A DNA stretch of 56,366 bases. Source: an uncultured bacterium (GTDB taxonomy: Bacteria; Krumholzibacteriota; Krumholzibacteriia; Krumholzibacteriales; Krumholzibacteriaceae). Within the stretch, counting starts at the first letter, position 1. Each line of letters opens with the position of its first letter. The notes under the pieces are model-generated. The model saw only the letters and a program-made list of their open reading frames with translations, made no database searches and had not been told where the DNA came from. The stretch is from positions 1 through 56,366 of the forward strand of contig CBDUUV010000001.1 in assembly GCA_965370495.1 (NCBI GenBank), in the 5' to 3' direction. Positions 8,036 through 18,747 of this stretch are shown piece after piece. A program made the translations under genes and the position numbers.

Positions 8036-10093
8036 ATGCGGATTTTTTCACGCAGACTTTTGATGTTTTCGATGGTTTGTACACTCTTTTTCCAGGTTTC
8101 GATATTTGCGGCTGACAAAAAACCTGTTTCTGCCACCGACCTGTGGAATATAAAAAGGCTGGGTTCATTAAAACTCTCGCCGTGTGGCAAGATAGCGGCT
8201 GTTATCGTAACTGAATATGATATCGATGAAAACAAGGGGCAGGGAGACATCTGGCTTGTAGATTCCGATGGTTCAAGGTGCAGGCGTTTTACGACCGGAG
8301 AATCGACCGAGAATTCCCCTGCCTGGAGTCCATGCGGCAGGAAGATGGCGTTTACGGCCAGGAGAGAAGGGGAAAAAGCGCAGCTGCACATCATCTCTCT
8401 CGATGGGGGTGAAGCGGTCGAGCTGACGAGTATGCCACTGGGTGTATACGATCCGAAATGGCTTCCCGGCGGCAACGGAATAGTTTTTGTATCACAGGTT
8501 ATCCCCGGGTATGAAGGGGCTCTCGATTCGATGAGGGTCGAAATTGAACGACGGAAAAACAGCAGGATTACAGCGAAGGTCACAGAAGACAGGTTTTACA
8601 GATACTGGGATCACTGGCTGACCGATGGATATGTGAGCCATCTTTTTCTTATAGATCTCGATACAAAAGAGGTCACGGACCTTATGCCCGGATGGGGCAG
8701 GCTGACAGGGTCGTCGACCGGCATAGAGTATAATATTTCTCCGGAAGGAACCGAGATCGCGTTTACGGCGTTTCGGGACGGGTCTCCATATGATGCACTT
8801 GAAAGCGATATTTATCTGCTGGATATGGAAAACCCCGGAAAGGTCCGGAACCTGACCGCAGATAATCCGGCCGATGATTTTTCTCCATACTACACGCCTG
8901 ATGGCAAATACATTCTTTACGGCAGGCAGAAGATCGTGGGGTTCTATGGTGACCGTGTAAGATTGGTGCGTTACAACAGGAAAACGGATGGGAAAAAGCT
9001 GTTGACGGAGGGGTTCGATCGATCGCCATCCGGCTGGACAGTCGGCAAAAAGGGCAGGACGGTATATTTCAATGCGGCGGACCGGGCGATGGTATCCCTG
9101 TTTTCCGTCGGGATCGACGGAGGTGGAGTAAAAGAGATATATCGTGGCGGCACGAACAGGTCGGTTGATCTTTTGCCTGATGGCAGCCTGATCTTTATGC
9201 ATCAAAGCAATTGTGAACCGGACAGGGTCTGTACGGTGAGGTGTGATGGAAAAGGATTCAGAAAGTTGACGTCTTTCAATGATGAATTGCTTGGCCGGCT
9301 CGAAATGGGACGTTTCGAGGATGTCTGGTTCAAGGGAGCCGATGGGCAAGATGTGCAGATGTTTATCCTTTACCCCCCGGGGTTCGACCCCGGAAAAAAA
9401 TGGCCCCTCCTGGTTCTCGTGCATGGTGGGCCTCATGGGACTTTCGGCGATAATTTTCATCCGAGATGGAATACGCAGGTATTCGCCGCTCCGGGGTACG
9501 TCACGGCGATGGTCAATTTTCATGGTTCTTCAAGTTTCGGCCAGGAATTCACAGATGCCATAACCGGTGAGCACGGCAGGAAGCCGCTCATCGATGTGAT
9601 GAATGCTGTCGATTTTATCCTTGAGATGGGATTTGTAGACAAGAACAGAATGGCTGTCGCGGGCGGAAGTTACGGTGGGTACCTGGTAAGCTGGATCGGT
9701 GCCAGTACAGACAGGTTCGCGTGCCTTATCAATCATGCCGGTGTTTTCGACCTGTGCGCCCAGTTCGGGTCTGATGTGACTGCGGGCAGGTCGAGAGCCT
9801 ATGGAGGAACAGTATGGGAAAACCTGGAGGATGTGATCAGGTGGAGCCCCGCGCACAACATGGAAGATTATGTAACGCCAACCCTGATAATTCATGGGGA
9901 AAAAGATTACAGGGTGCCGGTTGGAAACGCCCTCGAAGCTTATGGCATATTGAAGGCGAAGGGTGTTCCCGCGCGAATGGTATATTTCCCGGATGAAAAT
10001 CACTGGGTATTGAAGGCACAGAATTCGATTTTCTGGTATGGGGAGTTCCATGCCTGGCTCGATCGATGGATCGGAGCCGGGCCCGGAGATTGA
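8036..10093 (+). CDS. S9 family serine peptidase (prolyl oligopeptidase / acylaminoacyl-peptidase type), secreted
   Basis: The protein has a signal peptide and beta-propeller repeats (SPDG/SPCG). The catalytic triad context is GGSYGGYL, HGEKDYRVP and DENHWV. An AAGGAG RBS precedes the ATG. Confidence 0.9.
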   Translation: MRIFSRRLLMFSMVCTLFFQVSIFAADKKPVSATDLWNIKRLGSLKLSPCGKIAAVIVTEYDIDENKGQGDIWLVDSDGSRCRRFTTGESTENSPAWSPCGRKMAFTARREGEKAQLHIISLDGGEAVELTSMPLGVYDPKWLPGGNGIVFVSQVIPGYEGALDSMRVEIERRKNSRITAKVTEDRFYRYWDHWLTDGYVSHLFLIDLDTKEVTDLMPGWGRLTGSSTGIEYNISPEGTEIAFTAFRDGSPYDALESDIYLLDMENPGKVRNLTADNPADDFSPYYTPDGKYILYGRQKIVGFYGDRVRLVRYNRKTDGKKLLTEGFDRSPSGWTVGKKGRTVYFNAADRAMVSLFSVGIDGGGVKEIYRGGTNRSVDLLPDGSLIFMHQSNCEPDRVCTVRCDGKGFRKLTSFNDELLGRLEMGRFEDVWFKGADGQDVQMFILYPPGFDPGKKWPLLVLVHGGPHGTFGDNFHPRWNTQVFAAPGYVTAMVNFHGSSSFGQEFTDAITGEHGRKPLIDVMNAVDFILEMGFVDKNRMAVAGGSYGGYLVSWIGASTDRFACLINHAGVFDLCAQFGSDVTAGRSRAYGGTVWENLEDVIRWSPAHNMEDYVTPTLIIHGEKDYRVPVGNALEAYGILKAKGVPARMVYFPDENHWVLKAQNSIFWYGEFHAWLDRWIGAGPGD

Positions 10094-10145
10094 TCTTTCC
10101 AAACATTGATATTGGAAAATGTATCGTATGGAGGGAGAGGTTGCG

Positions 10146-11879
10146 ATGAATATCTTTCCAGGGCTGTTCCGAGCACTGGTTTTAGTGCCTGTAATTGTTT
10201 TATTCCTTGTGTTCGTGATGACTCCGGAAGGCTCTCGCGCGTATGACAGGGTGAGCGGAAGAATGGGCGCGTCGAGATCCGAAGTAACATGCAGGCACGG
10301 GATTGTATGTGCCGCTCAACCGCTGGCTGTACAGATCGGTGTCGAGATTCTGAAAAAGGGTGGAAGCGCGGTGGATGCTGCTATAGCCGTCAACGCTGCC
10401 CTCGGCTTGATGGAACCTGTGTCAAGTGGCGTTGGGGGAGACCTTTTCGCAATAGTCTGGGATGCGAAGACCGGCAGGTTATATGGACTCAACGCAAGCG
10501 GGCGCAGCCCATATCTGCTTGATATTGAAGAAGTGAAAAAACAGGGATACTCGGCCATTCCCTATACCGGGATGCTTCCACAGACAGTACCCGGGTGTGT
10601 CGACGGATGGTTTGAACTGCACGGGAGGTTTGGTCACCTTACGATGGAACAGATCCTTGCTCCCGCTATCAGGTATGCCGAAGAAGGATTTCCCGTAACG
10701 GAGGTCATTGCGCACTACTGGAAGCTCGGAGGTATGAGGCTGGCAAAGGAACCCAACTTTGCGTTTACCTACCTTCCGGGAGGCAGGGCGCCCGCGAAAG
10801 GGGAGATATTCAGGAATCAGGACCTTGCGAATACTTATCGCCTGATCGCGAAGAAAGGCAGGGATGTCTTTTACCGTGGAGAGATCGCGAAAACAATAGA
10901 TGAATTCAGCCGCAAAAAGGGGGGCTATCTGAGACTCAGGGACCTGGAGGAACACACATCCACCTGGGTTGAGCCTGTCAGCGCCTGTTATCGTGGTTAT
11001 GATGTGTGGGAGCTGCCTCCGAATGGACAGGGGATAGCCGTGCTGCAAATCCTTAACATCCTCGAAGGATACGATATTTCCTCTATCGGGTACGGATCAT
11101 CAGAATATCTTCACCTTCTTGTGGAGGCGAAGAAACTGGCTTTTGAGGACAGGGCACGTTTTTATGCCGACCCGGAATTCGCAGAAATCCCTGTCGACAA
11201 ACTTATATCAAAAGAGTACGCGGCCAGGCGCCGGGAGCTTATCAGGATGGACAGCGTGCTCAGAAAGATTCCTTCAGGCGATCCGATCCTCGACAGCGGA
11301 GAAACTACATATATAGTTATTGCGGACAAGGACAGGAATTTTGTTTCTTTGATACAGAGCAACTATGCCGGGTTCGGTTCGGGGCCGGTACCGGATGGGC
11401 TTGGGTTTTGTCTGCAGGATCGCGGAGCGTTGTTCAACCTCGATCCTGGCCATCCGAACTCGCTTCAGCCGCATAAAAGGCCGTTTCACACCATTATTCC
11501 CGCCATGGTTACAAGGCAGGGAAAGCCGGTCTTCGCATTTGGGGTAATGGGTGGTTCAATGCAGCCGCAGGGGCATGTGCAGGTGCTCTGCAATATAATC
11601 GATTTCGGCATGGGTATCCAGGAGGCGGGCGACGCGCCACGAATCAGGCATTACGGGTCATCTCAGCCAACCGGGAAGGTGATGACTGATGGAGGAAAGC
11701 TGGCCTTCGAGTCGGGCTTCGATCCGGCAGTAATCCGTGCTCTCCTCGACAAGGGGCATGTTATTGTAAAGGAATCAGGCGGGTTTGGTGGTTACCAGGG
11801 CATCTGGTGGGACCATGAGAACGATGTCCTCATCGGTGGTTCGGAGTCGAGAAAAGATGGTTGCGCGGCGGGGTATTGA
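10146..11879 (+). CDS. ggt: Gamma-glutamyltransferase
   Basis: The autoprocessing and nucleophile region is SGETTYIVIADKDRNFVSLIQSNY. GVMGGSMQPQGHVQ is also present, with an N-terminal signal/TM segment. A GGAGGGAGAGG RBS precedes the ATG at 10146. Confidence 0.9.
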   Translation: MNIFPGLFRALVLVPVIVLFLVFVMTPEGSRAYDRVSGRMGASRSEVTCRHGIVCAAQPLAVQIGVEILKKGGSAVDAAIAVNAALGLMEPVSSGVGGDLFAIVWDAKTGRLYGLNASGRSPYLLDIEEVKKQGYSAIPYTGMLPQTVPGCVDGWFELHGRFGHLTMEQILAPAIRYAEEGFPVTEVIAHYWKLGGMRLAKEPNFAFTYLPGGRAPAKGEIFRNQDLANTYRLIAKKGRDVFYRGEIAKTIDEFSRKKGGYLRLRDLEEHTSTWVEPVSACYRGYDVWELPPNGQGIAVLQILNILEGYDISSIGYGSSEYLHLLVEAKKLAFEDRARFYADPEFAEIPVDKLISKEYAARRRELIRMDSVLRKIPSGDPILDSGETTYIVIADKDRNFVSLIQSNYAGFGSGPVPDGLGFCLQDRGALFNLDPGHPNSLQPHKRPFHTIIPAMVTRQGKPVFAFGVMGGSMQPQGHVQVLCNIIDFGMGIQEAGDAPRIRHYGSSQPTGKVMTDGGKLAFESGFDPAVIRALLDKGHVIVKESGGFGGYQGIWWDHENDVLIGGSESRKDGCAAGY

Positions 11880-11895
11880 CAGTTGGAATGGAAGT

Positions 11896-12294
11896 ATGGG
11901 TGTGGAATTTGTAGATTCCAGGTTTTTTGACCATTTCATGGATCCCAGGAATGTGGGAACCATCAAGGATCCTGATGGTGCCGGTATGGGTGGGGACCCG
12001 TCGTGCGGGGACTGGCTTCTTGTCTCTATCAGGGTTGATGGCGATACGATCGCTGACATCAGGTTTCAGTGCAGAGGATGTTCGTCTGCCATTGTGACTT
12101 CAAGCGCTATGACGGAAATGGCAAAGGGCAGGACAATCGAGGAAGCCATGGCCATAACCGCAAAGATGATCGAGGACGAGGTCGGCGGGCTTTCCGATGA
12201 AAAACGGCACTGTTCCCTGTTGGGCGCGACGGCTCTTCATTCCGCTATCGATGATTATCTCTCCAGAAAATCGAAGAAGGGCGACCCCGGATGA
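11896..12294 (+). CDS. NifU/IscU-like Fe-S cluster scaffold (N-terminal domain type)
   Basis: The motifs DPRNVG..GDPSCGDWL..FQCRGCSSAIVTSSAMTE..RHCSLLGATAL supply three conserved Cys residues. The start was chosen downstream of the ggt stop. Confidence 0.8.
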   Translation: MGVEFVDSRFFDHFMDPRNVGTIKDPDGAGMGGDPSCGDWLLVSIRVDGDTIADIRFQCRGCSSAIVTSSAMTEMAKGRTIEEAMAITAKMIEDEVGGLSDEKRHCSLLGATALHSAIDDYLSRKSKKGDPG

Positions 12295-12338
12295 CGCGTC
12301 CGCGAGCCAGGGCCTGAGATCCATCTGCAGCCGGAATC

Positions 12339-12878
12339 TTACTGTTTTTCGGCAGGGTTTCTGTGCAGTTGGCTGTGAATGTACTGGACGTACAGTTCTG
12401 TTTCGGGTCTTTTCGTGATCCGCCTTATCGTAATAGACATGCCAGGCCCTTTGAGCCAGTAGGTCTTGTATGCCATCTCCCTGGTTCCGTCTGGTGAACT
12501 GCTTTTTACGCCATACTTCTTTTCCAGTTTGTCTTTCAGGGCCATCAGTCCGATTACGTTATTCTGCCTGTAATAGATCACGATTTCCATGAGCCGGCCA
12601 TCAAGGAATGCGAGGCGCGCATGATCGATTTCGCGAGAACCGTCAGGAAGACGGGAAAATTCGTACAATTCCCCCCTGTTTTTGACGCGTTGATCACTAA
12701 CCTCTTTCCATGTTGCCTTGTACTGGACACGTTCGAACAGGTCTTCCATTTTTTCACCGAGGAAAAACCCATGGATTTCCTCGGCAAGAATGGTGATATC
12801 ATCACTGCTGCCTGTTCCGGAACAGGCAGCAGTGATCAGGATCACGAGAAAGAACCCGATGGAACGGCTGAGCTTCAT
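12339..12878 (-). CDS. Hypothetical lipoprotein
   Basis: The signal peptide and lipobox read MKLSRSIGFFLVILITAAC. I recognise no family motif. Confidence 0.5.
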   Translation of the reverse strand: MKLSRSIGFFLVILITAACSGTGSSDDITILAEEIHGFFLGEKMEDLFERVQYKATWKEVSDQRVKNRGELYEFSRLPDGSREIDHARLAFLDGRLMEIVIYYRQNNVIGLMALKDKLEKKYGVKSSSPDGTREMAYKTYWLKGPGMSITIRRITKRPETELYVQYIHSQLHRNPAEKQ

Positions 12879-12936
12879 GCCAGATCCGGGAGCCGGCATG
12901 ATGCCTGGATTTTTTCGCCTGGCGGAAGACATCCGA

Positions 12937-14544
12937 TCAGCCCTCCTGGCCGGCTGTTTCGTCTTTGTTCTTCAGCAAAGTATAGAGCCCCCCGATACCG
13001 ATCAGGGCCATGATGGCCGACTGGATCCATGTCTTCGGGGGAACACCACCCTTTGTCGCGTTGACGAAAAAGATCATTCCGACGGAAAGTAAAACGAGTA
13101 TGGCATAGATGAATAACATTGTCGTCCGTGCCCTGGCACGTGTTTTGACTGTGTTCTCTCCGAACAACCTGTTATAGATGATAAGCCCGAATGTCGTCAG
13201 AATACCAAGAGCAGCAAAGATCAACCAGAAATTGCGGAGAGTTCCTCCAACACCCGTAAGTTCCCACGGGAAGATTCCCGCTGATACAGCTTTTTCCTTC
13301 AAAGGTGAAAGGATCGCTTTGTACATTTCGCCACCGACATTGGAGCCGACGAGTGACCCGATTACTCCATACAGGAAGGCATATCCCATGTAGGTCGCTT
13401 TCTTTTCCACAGGCGCGACAATACCGATATAGCTGTAATATTTAGGATGACAGGTCATCTCGCCGATCGAGAATACAGCGATCCCGAGTATGAATATCCA
13501 GGCATGTTGTGACATCGCGAGGACGACAAACCCGGCGGAACCGATGAGGATGCCCGCGACCATGGTCGGTAGAGGCTTTATGTTCCTGACAATGAGGTTC
13601 ACAAAGATCTGCAGCAGGACTATCGTACCTGCATTGACGACAGTGACATGTTCTGGCCTGAGGGTGTAATCCATCCCAAGCCTGGCGAAGAACCTGGTGA
13701 TCGGTTCAGGGTTCACGAAATCGCGCAAATACCACAGGACGGAACCAAAGTTCTGGAAATACAGGATCCAGAAACAGGAATATACAAAGATCAGAAGCAT
13801 GAAACGGGCATCAGAAAGGACGGTGAGGGCGCCTGACATTACTTCCTTGAAGTTCTTCTGGCTTTCCGGTTTCGGAGGATCTTTATACAGGAAGGCAGCT
13901 GGAAGCAGCATCAGGGCGCAGTAGATAGAGCTTATTGTAAAGACCCAGCTCCAGGACAGTGAGTCTCTGATATACCCGGCGACCAGTGGAGCGACGAGTG
14001 CGCCCAGGTTGATCATCCAGTAATAGATTCCGAATCCGAATCCGGAATTTTTTTCGTTGGTTGTTCTGGCGATCGTGCCCGAAATTATCGGCTTGAAGAG
14101 GCCGGAGCCGGTGGCCATGACGAGCAGGGATATAAAGATGATTCCATAGGTGTCAACCTGGCCAGCGATGAAATAACCGGTGGCGAGAAGGCTGAATGCC
14201 ACGAGAAGCATTTTTCTGTACCCGTACCTGTCGGCCAGAGCACCTCCCAGTATAGGTATTATGTATGTAACCGCGTAAACGAAGCTCTGAAGAAGCCCGA
14301 CCATGTCTACAGAAAATCCGAGCCCGCCTTCGGCAACTTTGTTGGAAAGGTATATCGCCAGCAAAGCATTAAGCCCATAGTAAGCTCCACGTTCGAACAA
14401 CTCCATCACATTGGCTACCCAGAAGGAACGCGGAAAAGAGCCAACACCGCTTTTCAATTCAGGTGTGTTTTCCAATTTGACAACTTCCTTTCCAAGGTTC
14501 AAGAAATCGGCAAAAACTTCACTCTGTCCATATCGGCCTGGCAT
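12937..14544 (-). CDS. POT/PTR2-family proton-dependent oligopeptide transporter (MFS)
   Basis: The protein has about 14 TM segments and the PTR2 signature ILGGALADRYGYRKML, plus FYWMINLGA. Confidence 0.85.
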   Translation of the reverse strand: MPGRYGQSEVFADFLNLGKEVVKLENTPELKSGVGSFPRSFWVANVMELFERGAYYGLNALLAIYLSNKVAEGGLGFSVDMVGLLQSFVYAVTYIIPILGGALADRYGYRKMLLVAFSLLATGYFIAGQVDTYGIIFISLLVMATGSGLFKPIISGTIARTTNEKNSGFGFGIYYWMINLGALVAPLVAGYIRDSLSWSWVFTISSIYCALMLLPAAFLYKDPPKPESQKNFKEVMSGALTVLSDARFMLLIFVYSCFWILYFQNFGSVLWYLRDFVNPEPITRFFARLGMDYTLRPEHVTVVNAGTIVLLQIFVNLIVRNIKPLPTMVAGILIGSAGFVVLAMSQHAWIFILGIAVFSIGEMTCHPKYYSYIGIVAPVEKKATYMGYAFLYGVIGSLVGSNVGGEMYKAILSPLKEKAVSAGIFPWELTGVGGTLRNFWLIFAALGILTTFGLIIYNRLFGENTVKTRARARTTMLFIYAILVLLSVGMIFFVNATKGGVPPKTWIQSAIMALIGIGGLYTLLKNKDETAGQEG

Positions 14545-14624
14545 GAGTGTTGGCCGACAGCGAAAGCGCGTGGCCAGAGATATTGTTGAATATGGAATCT
14601 AACAAAAATATCGAGGTTGCGGTA

Positions 14625-14656
14625 TAGAAAAATTGCCCGGCGGGGTTTGCCGGGCA
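14625..14656 (-). terminator. Rho-independent terminator downstream of the FHA gene
   Basis: The minus-sense sequence is GCCCGGC-aaacccc-GCCGGGC (a perfect 7-bp stem) followed by AATTTTTCT. Confidence 0.75.
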
Positions 14657-14702
14657 GAAACAAGGGTCGGCTTCCGGTTTTTCATTATGCAATGGGGGGG
14701 GA

Positions 14703-15077
14703 TCAGCAGTAGAACTTCATCTTGAAATTTCCTATTTCTATCACGTCTCCATTTTTCAGTTTTATGCGATGGATCTCTTTTCCCTGGATACTTGTGCCGT
14801 GGCGGCTGTTGAGGTCCTCGATGATATACAAATCCCCCGTTTTTGTTATATAGGCGTGTTCAGGCGAAACGAATGCGTGGTCAAGGCAAACATCGCAATT
14901 TATGTCACTGCCAAAAGATGTCCGGTTTTTTTTCAGGGCGATTTCAAGGCCGGCAAAACAGCCGTTTGTCATAACGATTTTTGCCCTGTTTTTTTCCCCG
15001 GATCTTTTCTTTTTGCGTTTTGTTTTGTTGTTTTTTAAGCCGATATTATTTTTAGCGTATTTTCTTTCGGTTGTCAT
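14703..15077 (-). CDS. Small FHA-domain protein with a Lys/Arg-rich N-terminal tail
   Basis: The FHA core is RTSFGSD..CDVCLDHAFVSPEHAYI..DLYIIEDLNSRHGTSIQGKEI..LKNGDVIEIGNFKMKF. The N-terminus reads KNNKTKRKKKRSGEKNR. A GGAAGGTGA RBS precedes the ATG. Confidence 0.85.
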   Translation of the reverse strand: MTTERKYAKNNIGLKNNKTKRKKKRSGEKNRAKIVMTNGCFAGLEIALKKNRTSFGSDINCDVCLDHAFVSPEHAYITKTGDLYIIEDLNSRHGTSIQGKEIHRIKLKNGDVIEIGNFKMKFYC

Positions 15078-15140
15078 CTGTCACCTTCCATCGATGAAGC
15101 ACAAGCCACTTTTTGTCGATCGGTGTCAAGTGGCGTATTA

Positions 15141-15156
15141 CGCAAAAACTATACCA
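15141..15156 (-). promoter_or_regulatory. Sigma-54 (-24/-12) promoter upstream of the FHA gene
   Basis: The minus-sense sequence is TGGTATAGTTTTTGCG. The GG-to-GC spacing is identical to the consensus TGGCAC-N5-TTGC. It lies about 65 nt upstream of the ATG at 15077. Confidence 0.65.
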
Positions 15157-15193
15157 TGATCCAGAAAGGTTGGTTTTTGTGCGGGTTTCCCCG

Positions 15194-16624
15194 TCACTTT
15201 TTCTTTTTGGGGGGTCTGAAATTTTCCGGGGTGATATTGTGTTTTTTCATCAGGTCATGCAATGTGGGACGGCTTACTTCGAGTTCCTGGGCGGCAGCAG
15301 AGACATTGCCTGAAAGCCTTAGAAGCGCATCTGTTACCATGCGTTGTTCCAGGTCGCCGCGGGCTTCCTTGAGAGTCACAGTTTCACCAGCCCGAAAAGA
15401 TGGCAGGGAGGCAAAGCCGCGGTTTTTATCCGCCGAAGGGCTGTCAATGGCAGACAGGTCCAGATCCGCAGGTTGAATGATCTTTCCCTGCGACATTATC
15501 ACCGCTCTTTTAATCCTGTTTTCAAGTTCGCGTATATTTCCGGGCCAGGCATAGGAATAGATGGCGTCACGGGACGACGGGCTGAATGCCAGGACATTTT
15601 TCGAGAATTCAGAACTGTAATAATGAAGAAAATGCATCGCGAGAAGGAGACTATCCTGCCCACGCTCACGGAGAGGGGGAAGGGAGATGCTTATCGTGTT
15701 TATTCTGTAATAGAGATCCTCCCTGAAAGTTTTTTCTTCTATCATCTTCGCGAGGTCTCTGTTCGTAGCGGCTATGATACGCAGATCCAGCTGTATCTGC
15801 CTGCGGCCGCCTACCCTTTCGATGATATGATCCTGGAGAAATCGCAGGATCTTCACCTGGAGCGCCAACGGGAGTTCACCGATCTCATCGAGGAAGATAG
15901 TGCCTCCATCGGCGATCTCGAATTTGCCCGGTTTTGACGATACAGCGCCGGTAAAACTTCCCTTTTCGTGCCCGAACAGTTCGCTTTCGAGCAGGTTTTC
16001 CGGAATAGCGCCGCAGTTGATTGGAATAAATGGCTTGTTGCGCCGTGAACTCCTGTTGTGAATCGCTGTAGATATAAGTTCTTTCCCTGTTCCGCTTTCG
16101 CCTGCCACGAGAACCGAGACATCGGTCGGCGCGATCTTTTTGATTGTATTGAATATGTCGAGCATCGTGTCAGACATGGAAATAATATTCTCGAATTCAT
16201 GGCCTCTGCCTGTTTTTGCCCTGAGTTTCGAGATCGTTGCCTCGAGGGAATGGATATAAGACGCGCGGTTCAGGATTACTCGGAGCTCGTCGATATTAAC
16301 AGGTTTGGAGTAGAAATCGACCGCTCCCGATGCCAGTGCTTTCAATGCGTTTTCCCTGTCGTCGTGGCCGGTTATCACGATAACTTTGATATGGGGGTCT
16401 ATCAGGAGGACGGTTTCGAGTACCTGGAAACCTTCGAGGATTTCCGGGTCGCCTGCCAGGGAAAGGTCGAGTATCATAAGGGCCGGCGATTTGGATTTGA
16501 CGGATGTAATCGCTTCTTCAGCCGTCTGTGCCTTTATGATCCTGTATTCTTTCTTAAAAGCCCATTCGAGTTGCTTCAGAATGGCTTCCTCATCGTCGAC
16601 TATCAGGACTGTCGTTGATGCCAA
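15194..16624 (-). CDS. prsR: Sigma-54-dependent response regulator (PEP-CTERM-box regulator PrsR type)
   Basis: The receiver domain reads VLIVDDE..ILDLSL. The AAA+ module has [14 protein letters not shown]-like GSFTGA and [12 protein letters not shown]-terminal Fis-type HTH is present. The gene is adjacent to prsK and the exosortase. It starts with TTG and overlaps the prsK stop by 22 nt. Confidence 0.85.
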   Translation of the reverse strand: MASTTVLIVDDEEAILKQLEWAFKKEYRIIKAQTAEEAITSVKSKSPALMILDLSLAGDPEILEGFQVLETVLLIDPHIKVIVITGHDDRENALKALASGAVDFYSKPVNIDELRVILNRASYIHSLEATISKLRAKTGRGHEFENIISMSDTMLDIFNTIKKIAPTDVSVLVAGESGTGKELISTAIHNRSSRRNKPFIPINCGAIPENLLESELFGHEKGSFTGAVSSKPGKFEIADGGTIFLDEIGELPLALQVKILRFLQDHIIERVGGRRQIQLDLRIIAATNRDLAKMIEEKTFREDLYYRINTISISLPPLRERGQDSLLLAMHFLHYYSSEFSKNVLAFSPSSRDAIYSYAWPGNIRELENRIKRAVIMSQGKIIQPADLDLSAIDSPSADKNRGFASLPSFRAGETVTLKEARGDLEQRMVTDALLRLSGNVSAAAQELEVSRPTLHDLMKKHNITPENFRPPKKKK

Positions 16625-18747
16625 GAGATATCCTTTCCGTCCTGCCCGGATTCCGCTGGAGGAATTGTAATCGAGACAGATGCTCCTTTACCAGCAACAT
16701 TATTTATCGAGATGGAACCACCATGAGCTTCGGCCATAGTTTTGCACAGGACAAGCCCGACACCCAATCCGCTTTTCCTGGTGCTGCTGAACGGTTTGAA
16801 CATGTTGTTTTCAATATATTCCGGATCGAATCCATGGCCGGTGTCTGCTACTTCGAGAGAAAAGCCTCCTTTTCCCCGTGGGGTGAGATTCACCGTTACA
16901 GTACCGTTTTCCGGTGTTGCTTCGAGCGCGTTGATCATAAGATTTTCGACTATTCTCCTGATCGCGGCCGGGTCAACATCCGCTGAGATCCTGTTCCCTG
17001 GATCAAATTCGATCCTTACCTTCCTTGAATCCGCCATGGGTGTGAGGGATTCCAGTTTTTCCGTAACAAGTGACACTATATCGGTGTAAGACCTGTTTAT
17101 CGATTCGGGAGATTTGTGCGCGTTCAGCGAATCTATCAGATTACGCATCTTCTCTACGGATCTCCTGATCGTCATGATCGTATCTTTCTGGAATTCCTTG
17201 TCAGCCATATTTTCCCCGGCATTTTCGGCGGTCAGTGACAGCATACCTACGGTATTCTTGAGGTCGTGAATGACGAAGGAAGCAAATTTGTTGAATGATT
17301 CCATCTGTCTTGATTCCAGGAAACGTTCCCCCATCAGAAGGTTTTCCAGCGTGATCGTTGCCTGGTCGGCGATGGTTGCCAGGAAACTGCGGTCTTCCTC
17401 ATTGTATGGAGACCCGGTGTCTTTTTCGCCAAGCGCTATGAATCCCCCGCATTCACCGCTATGGCCGAGACGGGCAATAGCATTGACCCAACCGAAGGTC
17501 CCGGCAGACATTTTCCCCGGAGTATCAATTCCCGATGAATGTTTTCCGTGATGATATTTCCTGTTGAAGACTGTGACTTCATCGGTGTCGCAGAAGTTGA
17601 GAAGTTTCCTCGCGGATTCCAGGTTCCAGTTCTCTTCCGTCAGGCCGTATGTTGCTGATTTGCCGTTCTTGATATCGACCCATATCAGCCCTTTTCGTAC
17701 CATTACGGTTTCACATAGCGATCCGATCGTATTTGAGAGGAAATCGTTTATCGTGACGCTCGACGCCATCAGTCTTGCGTAATGGCGCCATTCCTTCCGG
17801 TAATTATAACGTTCCAGATAAAAATTGTCGTTGAGAAACTGCCGTAGCCTTCTCCTGGCTCTTCCCGATATTCCGACTGCAAAAAAAAGAAATATAAAAA
17901 AGATTCCCAGGACATACAGATGAAACCTGTCATATGACATCCCCGCCATGGAAGAGACCCAGGATATCAGTGCTATCGACAGGAAATAGAGTCCGGCAAC
18001 GACGATAGTTATTATTGATGATGTGCCCCTTTGCGGCGGGGTCATTACTTTGAAAAGATTATATTTCGTATTCGCGAAAAGAAATGTACTCGAAACGATG
18101 ATCATTCCGCACATTTCGAGAGCCATGAACCTGCGATCGATCGATGAGATGGAAAGCAGCCGGCTCATTACTATGAAATTTATAAAGGACGCGGCGAGGA
18201 TACCCAGGAGGGGGTATTTCAAAGTGACTTTTCCCTGGATATTCGCGGTCCTGTAAGTGTTTTCCAGGTAAAAAACGAGAAAGACATTCGTAAGAAGAAA
18301 GAAAACACCCAGTCCTTTTCCATACCCTGTAAAATCAGAGTAATAGAACAGGCCGGTGTTGTCGAAAGTCATGTTTCTGATGATACGATGTAATGGTATC
18401 GTCAACCCGGCGGCGACGAGAAGGCCTGTAAGGATAATGATGCCGGGCAGGCGTTTGAGGATGGAAGCCCTGTCAAAGTCCCTGGCGAAGAAGAGAAAAA
18501 AAGACAGGCCGAAGGCGGGTGATGAGATCGCCAGCGCGAGTATTATCCTGAAAAACGTCTCGGCCTGGGACAGAGTGCGTGTAAGAAGAAGCAGCCCCTG
18601 CACGAACGCGATAGAGGCAAGAATAATGACCAGAGGTATGAAAAACAGTTTCTGGTAGTTGAATCTTCCACGAAGAAGGCTGGAAATCACAAGGGCCAGC
18701 AGGGATGCGGAAGCTGTAAATGAGAGAATGGAAGGCAGGTTGGTCAC
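16603..18747 (-). CDS. prsK: Multi-TM sensor histidine kinase (XrtA/PEP-CTERM system PrsK type)
   Basis: The protein has about 8 N-terminal TM segments and a GAF-like middle region. The H-box is FVIHDLKNT, and the ATPase region has the N box (NLMINALEA) and G boxes (DTGHGF, GLGVGL). Its ATGA overlaps the upstream TPR gene. Confidence 0.85.
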   Translation of the reverse strand: MTNLPSILSFTASASLLALVISSLLRGRFNYQKLFFIPLVIILASIAFVQGLLLLTRTLSQAETFFRIILALAISSPAFGLSFFLFFARDFDRASILKRLPGIIILTGLLVAAGLTIPLHRIIRNMTFDNTGLFYYSDFTGYGKGLGVFFLLTNVFLVFYLENTYRTANIQGKVTLKYPLLGILAASFINFIVMSRLLSISSIDRRFMALEMCGMIIVSSTFLFANTKYNLFKVMTPPQRGTSSIITIVVAGLYFLSIALISWVSSMAGMSYDRFHLYVLGIFFIFLFFAVGISGRARRRLRQFLNDNFYLERYNYRKEWRHYARLMASSVTINDFLSNTIGSLCETVMVRKGLIWVDIKNGKSATYGLTEENWNLESARKLLNFCDTDEVTVFNRKYHHGKHSSGIDTPGKMSAGTFGWVNAIARLGHSGECGGFIALGEKDTGSPYNEEDRSFLATIADQATITLENLLMGERFLESRQMESFNKFASFVIHDLKNTVGMLSLTAENAGENMADKEFQKDTIMTIRRSVEKMRNLIDSLNAHKSPESINRSYTDIVSLVTEKLESLTPMADSRKVRIEFDPGNRISADVDPAAIRRIVENLMINALEATPENGTVTVNLTPRGKGGFSLEVADTGHGFDPEYIENNMFKPFSSTRKSGLGVGLVLCKTMAEAHGGSISINNVAGKGASVSITIPPAESGQDGKDISWHQRQS

